Source: Octopus sinensis (lineage: Eukaryota). From it: 64,000 nt of DNA. Of the stretch, positions 1 through 12,419 are shown piece by piece. The notes beneath the pieces were generated by a model. That model was not told the DNA's origin. It did no database searches and worked only from the letters and a program-made list of their open reading frames with translations. How positions within the stretch are numbered: the first letter of the stretch is position 1; every line of letters begins with the position of its first letter. Position numbers and translations under genes: made by a program. The DNA lies in NCBI RefSeq assembly GCF_006345805.1, contig NW_021835040.1:10676-74675 (forward strand), in the 5' to 3' direction.

Positions 1-439
1 ACGAAAAAGTAGAGAGATTTAAATAACTGTATAAATATTGAAACATAGTTTGTTAGTTTATAACATAAAACAATTTTGATTCATATAATTAGATAATAGT
101 CTTATGTTCCACTTGGCGTGTAATGGACTTTATCACCTTAAATTATAGGTAGTAAAGTTAATACCTCGAATTTCCCATGCACCTCGATAACATTGACGAA
201 TACCTTTTAGAATATCATACTAAATGTCTGAAAAAAATATGATCGAAGTAACGTAGCTTAAATATACCATCAATTATGCCTATATAGTTTTCTTCTAATG
301 TCAGTTTCAAATTCGCCATCGCTGAGAAGTCAAGGGACAAACTAGAAACAAACAAACTAGGAACAGACTTGAAATTTTCACCGTTTCATATTTTCATGTA
401 TTGTTGTGTAGAGTTGTGACAATATCACGCAATGCTTAT

Positions 440-690
440 TACCGTTCGGGATACTGGACGTTTTTCAATTGGGACAAATACGAATCTTCTGAACCTGCTT
501 TGATCTTCTGACGTCCGTAACCCTCTCACAACTCTGGTCGTCTTGCATCGCCTTTCTACCGTTGAACCGTTTGCCTCAGCGGAAGAGTTAATCCATAAAC
601 AGTCTGGCGCATTTCATAAGTCTCTGCTGTGATTTGGTCCAGTTTGACAGAAAATAATTGTATAGCGTGCTTCAAAAATTTCTGACTGCA
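440..690 (-). pseudogene. Possible degenerate mariner transposase N-terminus
   Basis: Hand translation of the minus strand gives HAIQLFSVKLDQITAETYEMRQTVYG, resembling the mariner HTH start (IKFCVKLGKxATETYEMLxxAYG). Stops follow and no matching TIR was found. Confidence 0.3.
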
Positions 691-739
691 TTCGGCAAAG
701 TTGTTAGGTGTAATAAGCAGTGTTTATAAGGGTGCATTT

Positions 740-2035
740 AAAATGGGGTTACAGTCGTCCTCTGTGCGTATGCGGATGATGGTGTATGGGTGTGCAAATC
801 ATGGTGTGTGGATGTGCAGATGTTGTTGTGCGGTGTGAATGCTGGGAAGTGGTTTAGTGCTTGTGTGTGTGCGCGGTGTAGAGTGGTGTGACGTGTTGTG
901 GTGGTGTTGCGGTGTGTGGTGTAGGTGGGGTGGGATGACGATGTGGAGGATGTAGGTGGGGTTGGATGAAGGTTGGGGTTAAGGAGTTTGTACAACATGG
1001 GTATGTATGGGTGTGGTGTGGGTGGAGGGTTCTCAAGGAAGATAGAGGTGGGTAGGAGTGAAGAGAGGAAGTAGCCGTCAGATGAAGAAAAGAGAGGAGG
1101 GGAGTTGAGACCATGTCGTGCAAAGGAGCGAAGAGAAAAGATTAATTCCGGGTCACAGCGAAGGCGGGTGTCGGATGACCACTGTGCAAAGTCAATCCGA
1201 ACACAGACAGGTGTTGTAGTGAATAACCAGTAGAGCAGAAATGGCACAAGATCGAAGTGTCATTGCCGAGTTTGATGTCTCGGAGGTATTGCGGAAACCT
1301 ATCAGCCAAGAGGCGTTCCGTTTTACCGATGTACAGAGAAGGGGAGAAAGAACAGGAGATGCAGCAAATGACGTTGCTAGAAGGGCAGATAAAGGAGTCG
1401 GTGATATGACAGGGACGATGATGGTTGCATATGAGGATAGTGATGTTAGAGAGGTAGGAGCAAGTGCGGCAGCGTGGGTGGCAGCAGGGGAACGAGCCTG
1501 GTTGGGAGGTGGGGTTAGGGAACAAATTGTGGACCAGGAGGTCACACAGGTTGTGGTCTCGCTTGATGGAGGGAAGGGCTAGGCTTGAGATGTGTGATGT
1601 GGAGGGGTCGGACTGGAGTCGCCGGAGGGCTCGGAAATTGGTGCGGGCTGTAGGTGGGGAGAAAGGGAAGAGAGAGCAGAGGCACTATCCACACAGTTCT
1701 CAACAGAGGGCTGTGTGGATAGTAGTGAGAGGGTATCCATGAAGAATGAAGCGGTGAGCCATGAGTTGAGACTGAATCTCGAAGTCATGGTTGTCACTGC
1801 AGAGACCGCGCAGACGAAGGAATCTGGAGTAGGGGATGGAGGGATTGATGTGGGTAGGTTGGGAGGAGGAGGAGAAGTTAAGGTATGAGTCTGAGTCGGT
1901 GTGTTTGTAGTGAAAGCGGAGCGGTGTATGTTGACCGAAATGTCGAGAAATGTAACGGAAATGTTGAAAATAGTATAGAGGAATCCGAGGTCCGGATGGT
2001 AGGATTGGACAAACGAGAGGAAGGAGTCTAGTTTT
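740..2035 (-). mobile_element. 5'-truncated Penelope-like element (RT C-terminus + GIY-YIG endonuclease), frameshifted
   Basis: ORF 1700-2065 has HYKHTDSDSYLNFSSS..IPYSRFLRLRGLCSD (PLE RT C-terminal motif YKPTD..YL...SSHP..IPYSQFLRLRRICS). ORF 1142-1525 has PCCHPRCRTC...CPSSNVICCISC...LYIGKTERLLADRF (Cys linker + GIY-YIG). A C-rich 3' region runs to about 740. Confidence 0.85.
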
Positions 2036-2835
2036 TCGCGGGAGAGTCAGGTTGCACCGATACACTCATAAATATACCGACCGTATAGTTCGGGCGTCGT
2101 TTTAATCCGTCTACCAAATCCGCTTACAAGGTTATTGTCTGCACGAAACTATATTAGAAGGCACTTGATCAACCTGTTGATTCCCTATAAGGCATATAAG
2201 TAACTTTTATGTGACTACATAGAAATTGATCCGATCGGTAGGTATTCGTGAAAAGTACTCGATTCCAGACGGGATTAATTACAACCTAATTAAATTCCCT
2301 TTTCCCTTTCTGATGACACAGTGTTTCCTCACCTCTTATAGCTCATCAAATTTGGAGTCTTTGTGCTTAGGAATAATTCAATGTCGTTACTTACATCTCA
2401 TCTTCCTTTTTATCCTCTGTATTTAAAACCCACAGTCGTTTCTAATGTATGTGATAAGGTACTTAGCACTAATCTCATTTTCTAAGTTTTATTCTCTATG
2501 TTCTGATATTCCAAAGCAAAGGTTTAAGAATTCACTAATCTGTTGACTAAGAAGCAACACATCTAAATATTAATTACTCCCACATAATCAGTAACTCACT
2601 CTCACCCTCAGTCTCTCGCCGCTGCCTCTCTCCCTCACTCACTCTATTCGATATTTAATCCCTTTCATACCTCCTCTCTCAATCTCTCTCAATATACGAA
2701 TTTAAATTACACACATACCGTTATCTTCCATTTTGTATCCATTTATGATAGGATTAATATATATATATTGTTAAGTGTGCCTAAATGTTTACGGTACCTC
2801 GTGACGTGATGACTGTGTTGTAAATATATATATAT

Positions 2836-2872
<37 letters not shown>

Positions 2873-2873
<1 letters not shown>

Positions 2874-3200
2874 GGCGCAGGTTTAACTGCGTGGTAAGAA
2901 GCTTGCTACGCAACCACATGGTTCCGGGTTCAGTCCCAATGCGTGACACACACGGTCCAGCGAAAACCTTGCAGGTGGATTTGGCAGACGGAAACTTAAA
3001 GAAGCCTGTCTTATATGTATATATTAATGAGTGTACGCGTGTTTATGTCCCTCTAACTTAGCGGTCCGTCAGACGATACCTACAGAATAAGTACTAGGCT
3101 TAAAAAGAATAAGTTCTAGGGTCAATTTCCAAGATTGAAGGCGTTGCTCTATCATGGCCGCAGTCAAATGACTGAAACATCTAAAAGAATAAACGAATAA
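2873..3200 (+). mobile_element. SINE family A (tRNA head, CORE-like domain), internally deleted copy
   Basis: Head GGCGCAGG..TGGTAAGAAGCTTGC..GGTTCCGGGTTCAGTCCC and tail CATGGCCGCAGTCAAATGACTGAAAC are shared with copies at 47215-47622 and 50747-51152. Confidence 0.8.
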
Positions 3201-3246
3201 AAGAATAAAAGTATATATATATATATATACATACATACACACACAA

Positions 3247-3316
<70 letters not shown>

Positions 3317-3320
<4 letters not shown>

Positions 3321-3656
3321 CGGTAGCCATTACACACATTTTTTCTCTGCTTTTTTCTCTCTTTTTTTCTCTTCTTGTTTCTCTCCTTGTTTCTCTCTGT
3401 GTCCCCTTCTGTAGAAGGGCGTAGGCTCGAAACGTAAATTCTTTTTTCAGTTCTTGAGCGTTATACTAATACATCTGTTCCTTTTCTAGATCACCTGTCT
3501 TCGTCTTTTGTTTTTCTTTCGTGAATTCTCCCCTATAGATACATACATGCATATTTTTATATATATACACACACAAAGATTTGATGCCTATACCCTCTCA
3601 CCTCTCCTACTAACTGGCGTATACAGGTGCTTACACTTATCAAGTATTCACCCTAA

Positions 3657-3695
<39 letters not shown>

Positions 3696-3880
3696 CCGGA
3701 TTAAACACATAAATGTGAAACAAGGTGGAAAAAAGAGTACTCAAATACCAGTGGTAGAGTAATATGCTTTATTTAAAGCAGCAGAAAATTCAACAAAACC
3801 TGTTACTCTGAGTTTCAAGTTAACGGGAACGTGAAACACAGAGTACAGGTTTTGTTGAATTTTCTGCTGCTTTAAATATA
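3317..3880. mobile_element. PLE-type terminal repeat remnants with degenerate hammerhead motifs and a fold-back
   Basis: CTGTAGAAGGGCGTAGGCTCGAAACGT at about 3408-3434 is hammerhead-shaped with a mutated core. An inverted repeat spans 3770-3878. The segment 3690-3880 is repeated at 5585-5730. Confidence 0.55.
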
Positions 3881-3893
3881 GTATATATATACA

Positions 3894-3968
<75 letters not shown>

Positions 3969-4024
3969 CAAGCACGTACACACTATTTTGGAGTATAAAT
4001 TTTGTTAAAGAGAATGACAACATT

Positions 4025-4870
4025 AAAAGAGACAATGACAATCATTTTCTATAAGCCCACAGACACTCACCAGTCTTTGAATTTTCTTTCCTCCCATCCC
4101 AAACATACAATAACAAACACATCCTTCATTACGGCAAAACAAGTTTGTACTCTATTAATGGACGCGACATTAAGAGATAAAAGATTTCAAGGATTAAAGA
4201 TATTTCTAGTAAAACAAAAAGATCCTACTAGACATATTGATTCGGCTATTATCAAAGCAAATCTCATCGCAGCTAAATAATTCAGAAGAAAACAGACACA
4301 TAATAAAATAGAAAATGTATTTAGAAATATTCTCAAAATCCAAGAATCCACGTCATTCTCAATGTTGCTAAATGATATCTCCCAGTACTTGAATAGTCAT
4401 TGAAAATTGCGAAACAAATGACAGAATACCAGGAATCATATATAGCAGACGCCAGATACACAAACAAAAGTAAACATTTCACTAAACTAAAATTTACAAC
4501 AAAACAAATAGCATAGAGAATTAACGAATGTGGTGATCCTCGTTACAGAAGATGCGATTATATTGAAGAAGGAGAACACAACAGCTTAAAATCAAAAATA
4601 CTTTTAAAATCAATGTAAATATGAACTGCAAATCCCGAAACCTGGTTTTCTATGCCCATTGCCCAAATTTCAAAGAATACTATATTCAGGAAACGGGTAT
4701 TTGATTATACGAGAGGGTAAGGGTACATAAGCAACAAATCTATGACTTCTCTTTTAGAAATGCAATATGTAGTGAGAGATTTTGAAAAAGGTGGAAAAAG
4801 CAAGTTCCAAATACCATTCGTAAAAGATTAATAGTTTATAAACATATAATTATAAAAGTCGAAGAATTAT
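4025..4870 (+). mobile_element. Degenerate Penelope-like element (RT C-terminus + GIY-YIG)
   Basis: FYKPTDTHQSLNFLSSHPKHT in ORF 4002-4280. Downstream broken frames give ECGDPRYRRC, NVNMNCKSRNLVFY and YYIQETG..LYERVRVHKQQI (YIGETG-like GIY-YIG). Confidence 0.75.
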
Positions 4871-4899
4871 CAGAAAAGCCATGTGTATTCATTATTCAA

Positions 4900-4941
<42 letters not shown>

Positions 4942-5584
4942 GTATATGTGTGTATGCATGCATGTGTGTATGTATACATGCATGAAACAACGAATAAAGA
5001 ATACCTATAAGATATGAAAAATATAACAAATTAACTCAGCCTGAATTCAAATCGCATATTTTTGACATAAGCATTAATCAATATCAAATAAGTGTTTTCA
5101 AATATAGATCTTTCTTTCTTAGCCTTACTGCCGACCGTCAACGCGTCTTGTGTCCATCTCCCACGTTCCTGCCTTTTGGCTTTTACTTCATATACGTCAG
5201 CTGAATTTGAATCGTTCTCAGTCGAACGACGCCTGTTGTTATTTCTTCTATTCGTAATTCTGAACCATCTTCGCCATTGTTTCTTTGTTCGTTTTTATTT
5301 CGTCTTTGTAGCCATACACATTCCCTAGCTTTCTCACAGAAGAGACTAATGGTCTTAACTCAGACTTTTCGGGGGACAACCAGATCGAACCATGTCAAGT
5401 ATATCTGTCCGAAATGGTCATGACTTCTGATACTTGACTGATGAAAGAAAGCCAAGAATGACCCTTCTTTTTTTCCTGTCCTTCTAATTGTTTCTCTTGT
5501 CCGCCTTTGTGTCCTCTATCTGTCCGAACGTTTTAATGCCCTCTATTGCGTTTTTGTCCCATATATATATATATATATATATAT

Positions 5585-5722
5585 AGACCGGAGTAAGCAC
5601 GTATGTGTACAAGGTGGAAAAAGCGTACTCAAATCCCAGAAGTAGAGTAATATGGTTTATTTAAAACGGGAACGTGAAACTCCGAGCAACAGCTTGTTAT
5701 ATTTCTGCTGCTTTAAAAAATA

Positions 5723-5730
<8 letters not shown>
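5585..5730. repeat. Second copy of the PLE-type terminal repeat with inverted junction
   Basis: ACCGGAGTAAGCAC..CAAGGTGGAAAAAGCGTACTCAAAT..TTTATTT followed by AACGGGAACGTGAAAC..TTTCTGCTGCTTTAAA, matching 3695-3880. Confidence 0.7.
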
Positions 5731-5808
<78 letters not shown>

Positions 5809-5829
5809 TACACATACACATACACACAA

Positions 5830-5870
<41 letters not shown>

Positions 5871-7206
5871 TGGAAAATGAGAGAAAGTGAATTCTCAAAA
5901 TGTTCTGAGAATGAGTTGAGTTGTAAATGATCTATAAGTAAGCAAGACAAAACAAGTAACAAAATTAACAGAAAATTTAAGATTGGACATAGAAAATGAC
6001 ACCCGAGCTGTCATGTCATAATTGTGAATCGAACTTGCTATTCAAGCAGCGATGGGATTACTAAAACAACAATTAGTTATGCGTATACTCAAGTTACTCA
6101 GAGTTGCCTACACTTTTGAGGACGGAGAGCATGCAGTAACAAACGAGAAGCTACAAAAAATATAATAAAATACTCCATTTTAACGTAAGCCTGGCAGGGA
6201 ATATTTTCACTTTCAGCGAAAGTAGCAACTTGTTTTGTAGTTTTGTAGCTTTTCTTGTGGAATTGAACGAAAATTGAAAGAAATTTCATTAAATTCCGCG
6301 AGGATGAATCAAATTATGTGATGTTAAATGATGAAATAAATGATAAATTACATACCGAAATATTTTCAAAGGACGTTCGCATTTATGCATTTTTTGGTGT
6401 GCAGAAAAAGGTGGTTGAATCATAAATTTAGAGAACAAAGGCAGAATTATTTCTTGCAAATTTAAAGTTCACGGATCTTTAAATATATTTAAAAACCATA
6501 GAGTAATCCATATCCAAAAACCCAAAAAATATTATACTGCTCATCATTTTCCACATTGGTAAACATTCATTTTCACATGTAAGGATTTTATATAACCATA
6601 TTTTCTACGTTCCAAATGAAACTACCTTGTTTCTATTGTTCAACATTTAACTACCTGGTTAAGAGAATTTCATAGCAGTGTTGTGTAAATGTTATTATAT
6701 TATATCGTGAAATTTATTTTGGTGCATAAAAGCTTCCAATATCAAAGGGACTTATTGCCATCACACATTCATAAACCTTATCCAATCTTTAAACTATTCG
6801 AGCAATATCAGATAACTAATGTTGTCAAATTGTTAACTATCAGAATCTCAGGGAAAATTGTTATTTCATATCCAGTTACAGACCTTGATTAAAATACAAA
6901 ACTCCCTCGGGGTGTTTTAGTTACCTATTAAACCACGTTAATTGTGTTTTCTTACTCGCATATGTTTTCTTACTTGACGTTCTTCTCCATGATAATTACG
7001 AAAGACGAAATATTTCAAGCATATTTCACATAATATACATAACAAAGTACCATACAATATTTTACAGGAATGAAGACAGATTTAATTTCGGAAAGATTTG
7101 AACGGAGTATATAAAGCATCGTAAAAATACATTACATGATATTTTGCCGGAGTTTCTACCAATTCTACCAATCTACTGACCTAAAACATTCAGAACAATT
7201 GTGATT

Positions 7207-7558
7207 TAGAGTTGTTGTATACTGTCAACTTAACGTGACAGTCTCCCGCTATTTAGACCACCGCTATTTAGCCCTAGGAAGCATCGACGCTTCCTGTTGG
7301 CTTTGACACTTCCCTGTGTCCTTATATTTGTGAAGGGGAGACAAGCACCCACAACAGCCCAGCTAGGGCCTGCACCTAGAGACATGCATGTTTCTGAGTC
7401 TTGCTCGTCATCAGTCCAGGGTAGCCAGTCCTGCTAGCTGAGATGCTTGCCAAGGGTTCGCGAATATATATATTTTCAGTGAAATCTATTCACTGATCAC
7501 CAAAATTAGAAATATTTACGGGACTTTCATGTTAAGTTAACAGTATACAACCACTCTA
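7207..7558. repeat. 39-bp imperfect inverted repeats enclosing a hammerhead cassette
   Basis: 7207-7245 TAGAGTTGTTGTATACTGTCAACTTAACGTGACAGTCTC versus the reverse complement of 7520-7558 TAGAGTGGTTGTATACTGTTAACTTAACATGAAAGTCCC: 34/39 identical by manual alignment. Confidence 0.75.
7360..7440 (-). ncRNA. Type-I hammerhead ribozyme-like motif
   Basis: Minus strand reads CCTGGA-CTGATGA-C-GAG-CAAGA-CTC-A-GAAA-CA-TGCA-TG-TC-TCTAGG. It has a 6-bp helix I, core CUGAUGA/GAAA, a 3-bp helix II, helix III with a palindromic UGCA loop and a GUC site. Distal helix I is CAGCTAG/CTAGCTG. Confidence 0.65.
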
Positions 7559-7759
7559 TCAATCCACAACCGCTCATGTCTCTCTGAGACATTTAGAAGT
7601 TCAATATTTCTAATTGTGATTTAGTTACCAAGAAAAAAGTCCTAGAAAACTCAGTTCTTAACACCTTGAGAATTGTATCGATTATTATTGAAACAACCAT
7701 TCCAAATACACAATGATTCTTGCTCCATCATTCCAATATTTCATTTAATTAGTGGATGC

Positions 7760-8400
7760 GAAAGGGTTTCAAAACATTTGGACATGAGAAAACCCATTAT
7801 ATTGCGGTACTATCGTGTTGTGCTGATGGAACAAAACTGCCACCGCTGCTTATTTTCAAGAGGAAAACTTTACCAAAAGACAAAATTCCACGTTGAACTT
7901 TTGTTTATGTCCACCCAAACAGGTGGATGGATGAAGAGTGAGTGAAGTTATGGTTAGCTAAGGCCTGGCCAGGGCCTTCCCGTGGCCTCTTTAAAATTAT
8001 CCCTTTTTGTGTGGAACCAGTTTCGTGCCCTCAAAACTAAGGCTCTTGAAGAAAGGGTGCAGGAAATGAAAATGAAAATGGCAGCTATTCTTGGTGGTTT
8101 AACAAGCCAGTGGCAACCACTGGGCATATCAGTCAACAAGCCTTTTAAGGCATTTATGAAAGAAGAGTGGAATCAGTGGATGCGAGCCAAGGACCATGAC
8201 CTAATACCAACAGGTCGTTTGAAAAGGCTAATAATATCTCAGGTTTCCGAGTGAGTCCTGAAATCATGGAAGATTGAAAATTAAACTAGTAGTAATATCT
8301 TTTAAAACATGTGGTGTTAGTATCGCATTAGATGGCACAGATGATATTCTCTTGGGAGATAGTACCACGTCGGACAATATTGACGACCATGATGAATTCT
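7760..8400 (+). pseudogene. pogo/Tigger-family DDE transposase remnant (POGK-like DDE_1)
   Basis: Frames give CCADGTKLPPLLIFKRKTLPK, WMDEE, LFVWNQFRAL, AAILGGLTSQWQPLGISVNKPFKAFMKEEWNQWM, PTGRLKR and SFKTCGVSIALDGTDD, all typical pogo DDE motifs. Multiple stops and frameshifts. Confidence 0.85.
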
Positions 8401-9659
8401 CTGGTTTTGGGGCTATGGATGACTGCAGTCAGATTTCGGGATTTGAAGAGTGAAATAACTCGTACGTTTAATATTTGCACATATTTTAATCTTTTTTTCC
8501 ATTGTAATTTAATTGTAATGTTTGTTTTGCCATATACGTGTGGAATTTTTTTGCAAATGGCAATAACGTGAAATATTTTCAGGATTTAAAGATTAAAATA
8601 TATTTTCTTATTTGCAATTTTTCAACTGCGCAGATTTTAATCTCAATTCTGTTTTTATTTTCTTCTATATGGGATGTCATGTTTGTGTAATACTTCTATA
8701 AATGATAGGAAAAAGGAAGATATTATCAGGATTTTATGATTGAAATGTTTTTTTATTGCGTAGATTTTACTGAAATCTTTACTTTTATTTTTGTTCTACG
8801 CCATTTTCATGCGGGATTTTTACAAAGTGTAACTGTGCAAAAAAATGTTATTCCGTATTTGTCACAATATTTTTCCTATTGTGGAGTTTAGTCTTTCCTT
8901 AGTCTGAGGCAAAAAAATACTCTATAAGTCTATATCCAATATGACCAAAATCTTAACATACTGCACCAGCTGTAGTCCCGTCCGCTTGCATGAACTGAGA
9001 CACTATTGCCCAAGAATCTTCCTGACGAAACACATGAAAATAAAAATCACTTTTGGGCCGAACAGGAAATAGTCGAACTGGACTATCGTAGTGCAAGAGT
9101 GGATCGAGAAATTCCCGGTGGGGATTGTGTCTGAGGTCTGGTTCATTGCAAATATCAATGAAATGACAGTGTAATATGTTCAAAGATACTGAAATAATTA
9201 ATTTTTATACTGAATCCTTCAAGGGCTGTTTGGTGTTGGTAAAAAATATTCTTCCCCTTATATATATTTAAACAAAACAGTCAAATTTGAAAAGTTTCTT
9301 ACTTGGTCGAGGGTGCATCCCCCCTTTGAATCCATCCCTGTCGTAGTGTAGTTTCAGTATTACAGTGGGTACATAACGGTAGGCATAAACTTTCGGAGTA
9401 AACTTACCATACCATGTTTCTCAACTGACAGTCCCACAAAACAAATTGTTAAGGAAGTTGAGTGCTGCCTTTTGTTAATTATTCAGCCGCAAGTGAGGGG
9501 TCAAAATGGGAGACAGTCACGGTTAGTCAACATAAGGGATAGCACAAATAACTGTTCGACGAACAACCAACATAATGCTAGGAACATTTTAAGTGGTATG
9601 CTGGAGATTACATGTTTTTGTTTCATTGCATCTGTGAAGTTAACAAGACCAGAAATACT

Positions 9660-9768
9660 GGGACCTTATTTTATGTTTATTATTATATGTTTTTTTTCAA
9701 ATTTTTGGTTTCCAAAATTAGGGTGCTTCCTCGAGGACGAAGCGCCTTCGACGCCGGGAAATACGGTA
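9660..9768. mobile_element. pogo/Tigger-like right terminal inverted repeat with TA
   Basis: The reverse complement reads TA-CCGTATTTCCCGGCGTCGAAGGCGC, the TACCGTATTT..CGGCGTATAAG type end of pogo-family elements. The matching left end was not found. Confidence 0.45.
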
Positions 9769-10154
9769 ACTCCAATAATGTCGTTTCATCTTAGAGAAAT
9801 AACAGCAGAAGTCCTATCGCAAAACACGCCCAACTCTCCTGAAGTATGCTTCATTGGATAATAAGGTTTGATTATGCACTTTGGATATTTAGTGAAACTG
9901 AGTTGATTTGGTGGGAAACAACAAAAATGACAACAATGTAAAACGGTAGAAGAAAATTATAGATTCATTAGCAATATCGATTTCTAAGAAACCCGTAAGA
10001 GTTCACATTTGAAGTATCGGTATATTTGGCTTAAATATTTGAAGTCTGTGTACAGTCGGTTTAATCACCGCTATTCCTCAAAGCGAGAATAACGAAAGTA
10101 AAATTTGATCTCAATGGAATAGACTTATAATAATATTAATTTGGAGTTTTGTCA

Positions 10155-10295
10155 AAAGACCAGAAAGTTCGGGGAGGGAGGGGTAAGTTGATTGTATCAA
10201 ACCCCAGTACGCAACTGGTACTTATTTAATCGAACCAGAAATGATGAAAGCAAAGTCGACCTCGGCGAAGTTTGAACTCAGAAAATAAAGACGGG
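10155..10295 (-). mobile_element. SINE family B fragment
   Basis: CCCCAGTACGCAACTGGTACTTATTT..ATGAAAGCAAAGTCGACCTCGGCGAAGTTTGAACTCAGAA is the reverse complement of the family B body. Confidence 0.75.
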
Positions 10296-11399
10296 TGAAA
10301 TACCGTTGCTTTGCCTGGTGTGCTAACAGTTCTTCTAACCTTGCCACCCTTCGAATTATAATCACATTGCCAACAATAATAGTTTAGAAAAGTGGTCCCA
10401 GACATTTGGATTCCTATTCTACCCCATTGGATCTCCATAACACTTCGGTGTAAATATTTTAAAAAATCCTAATACAACTGCTTGTTGTTCACACACCCAT
10501 CTTCGTCATTCGTTTTTCTGTAAATTTCATCTATATATGTGTGTATGTGTGTGTGTGAGTAAATAGAAGCACCACGGTATCAACTGCCTGGTTTAACTGT
10601 TGCATGCAACAGCGAAAAAACTGTGAACAGTGAAGATCTAGAGAATAGCGAAAATAAAGCGAATGGTGAAGATCTAGGTACCACAAAAATTATGCATGGT
10701 CGCTGCTGGAATGCATTCATGTATCATCCATTAGTCTAGCGTCAATACATGGATTTGTGGCGCTGATATTATTAACGAACAGTAGAATGTTCTCATAAAC
10801 TTTCTTACCAGGATTTTGGCAAATTTGTGTCAATTTTCCGAGTTTATTTCATCTCGTGGACGCGTTTACTAGCAACGAAAAGTGAATAGATTTATTAGGT
10901 CTAATATAATCAGGCAGTTGTTTTCTACTTCTGGCGACGGCAAAAATAGGAACTATCCAATTTGTCAAATATATATTATTTCCAAGTTCTTACCATGTCA
11001 GCTTTTAGCGTAGCAAAAGAATTATTAGGAGGCAAGTGATTACTGGACAGTTTCCCTATAGGTATTGACCGAGAATAACGTCTGAGCATATCAAATAAAT
11101 TATTTTGAACTTACGCCAGTTATGCTGCACATTTTCTACAGAATGAATTAAATTCCAATCGATAGAGGAGAGCGAGTCATTTGAAACAAAGCAATCGGTA
11201 ACTATTAGAAATTGTGTGTCAGAAGACAAGAAATAGTAATGGAATTTTGTTGCACAGAAGTGTTAAAAATATTGTTAGCGCGATCAGGAGTAGGATCAAG
11301 AAAATACAGCAATGATAAGGCCAAGAGTGTTTGTGGTAACGAAATTTAAGCTTAACGCTGTATCGTCGCATATTTTGAGATGGTAGAATCAATATCGGT

Positions 11400-11680
11400 T
11401 TCAAATTTTGCAACGAGGCCAGCAAGTACGGGGAATTGGGTACGTCGATCACATCGACCCCAGTACTTAACTGGTACTTATTTCATTGATTCCAAAATGA
11501 TGACTAACAGCCTGATCCTCGGTGAGTTTTGAACGAAGAACGTGAAGACGAGCATCTTCCACAGCGTTCTGAGTTCAAATTCAAGCGAGGTTGAATTTGT
11601 CTTTCATCGTTTCGGAGGTGAATAAAATAAATCGACGTCCTCCTCACCTTAACATTGCTAGCCTTGTGCTGACATTGGAA
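11400..11680. mobile_element. Two SINE-B fragments in opposite orientation (- then +)
   Basis: ATCGACCCCAGTACTTAACTGGTACTTATTT (minus copy) is followed by CGTTCTGAGTTCAAATTC..TTTCATCGTTTCGGAGG (plus copy). Confidence 0.7.
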
Positions 11681-12419
11681 AGATATGTTTTAGAAATTCT
11701 GTTATTGAAATCTCTTCTAAATGGGGGGAACATTATAACGATGGCGAAGAATAATAACCAAACACTGGAGCAGAGCAGCTTTACTTGAAAATATACGTGA
11801 ACGCTTCTTTGGATGTTAACCGGTTGCACCTAACAATCAATTTGGATTGCAGTTCAGAAAGCATCAAATAAAATTGAGATGTTTTTAGTCGAAGGAAAAT
11901 CAAATGATATTTTATGAGGCTGAGGAAATTAAGATGCGATTCATAAAAACGAATAATCTTACTCCGAAATCTTCTCAGTCTTTGCGATCAAACATTTTTT
12001 GTGTGAAACATAAAGTATTCGAAAAATCGAAACCTCGCTGTCTCGTATGAAATTTAGAAGAGCTATTTCAGGAAAAAATAATAATTTGAATATAAGTTTG
12101 GTACAGAATATATAATTAAATCTCATCAAAGTTACTTATTATAGATTTGCGATGAGGCTTGACCTAGATCTTGAATGCTTTATTCGACTTTCTACGGATA
12201 TAGGGAATAAAGTAGTACAGAACTTTATGCTCCACTCAGGACCATAAGGGACACCTGCTCTGATATCTGGGGCACTGCTGGTTTATGCAGACGGAAATTC
12301 TGAGTGGAATCCATTGAAGAAACTCGGGACTGATTGGCACCTCAAGTATTAACGTATTCAGCTTCTAGTTCATAGGACTGCAATCTTTTCTGTTTTTTTT
12401 TCTTTTGGCCACTGCTGTT

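Noticed and set aside
738-1742. Overlapping ORFs on both strands (738-1247, 854-1123, 1241-1582, 1464-1742)
   Set aside because: Alternate-frame and antisense shadows of the GC-rich PLE.
10597-10612. 16-bp palindrome CTGTTGCATGCAACAG next to a roughly 30-bp tandem duplication
   Set aside because: Isolated and short, with no supporting structure.
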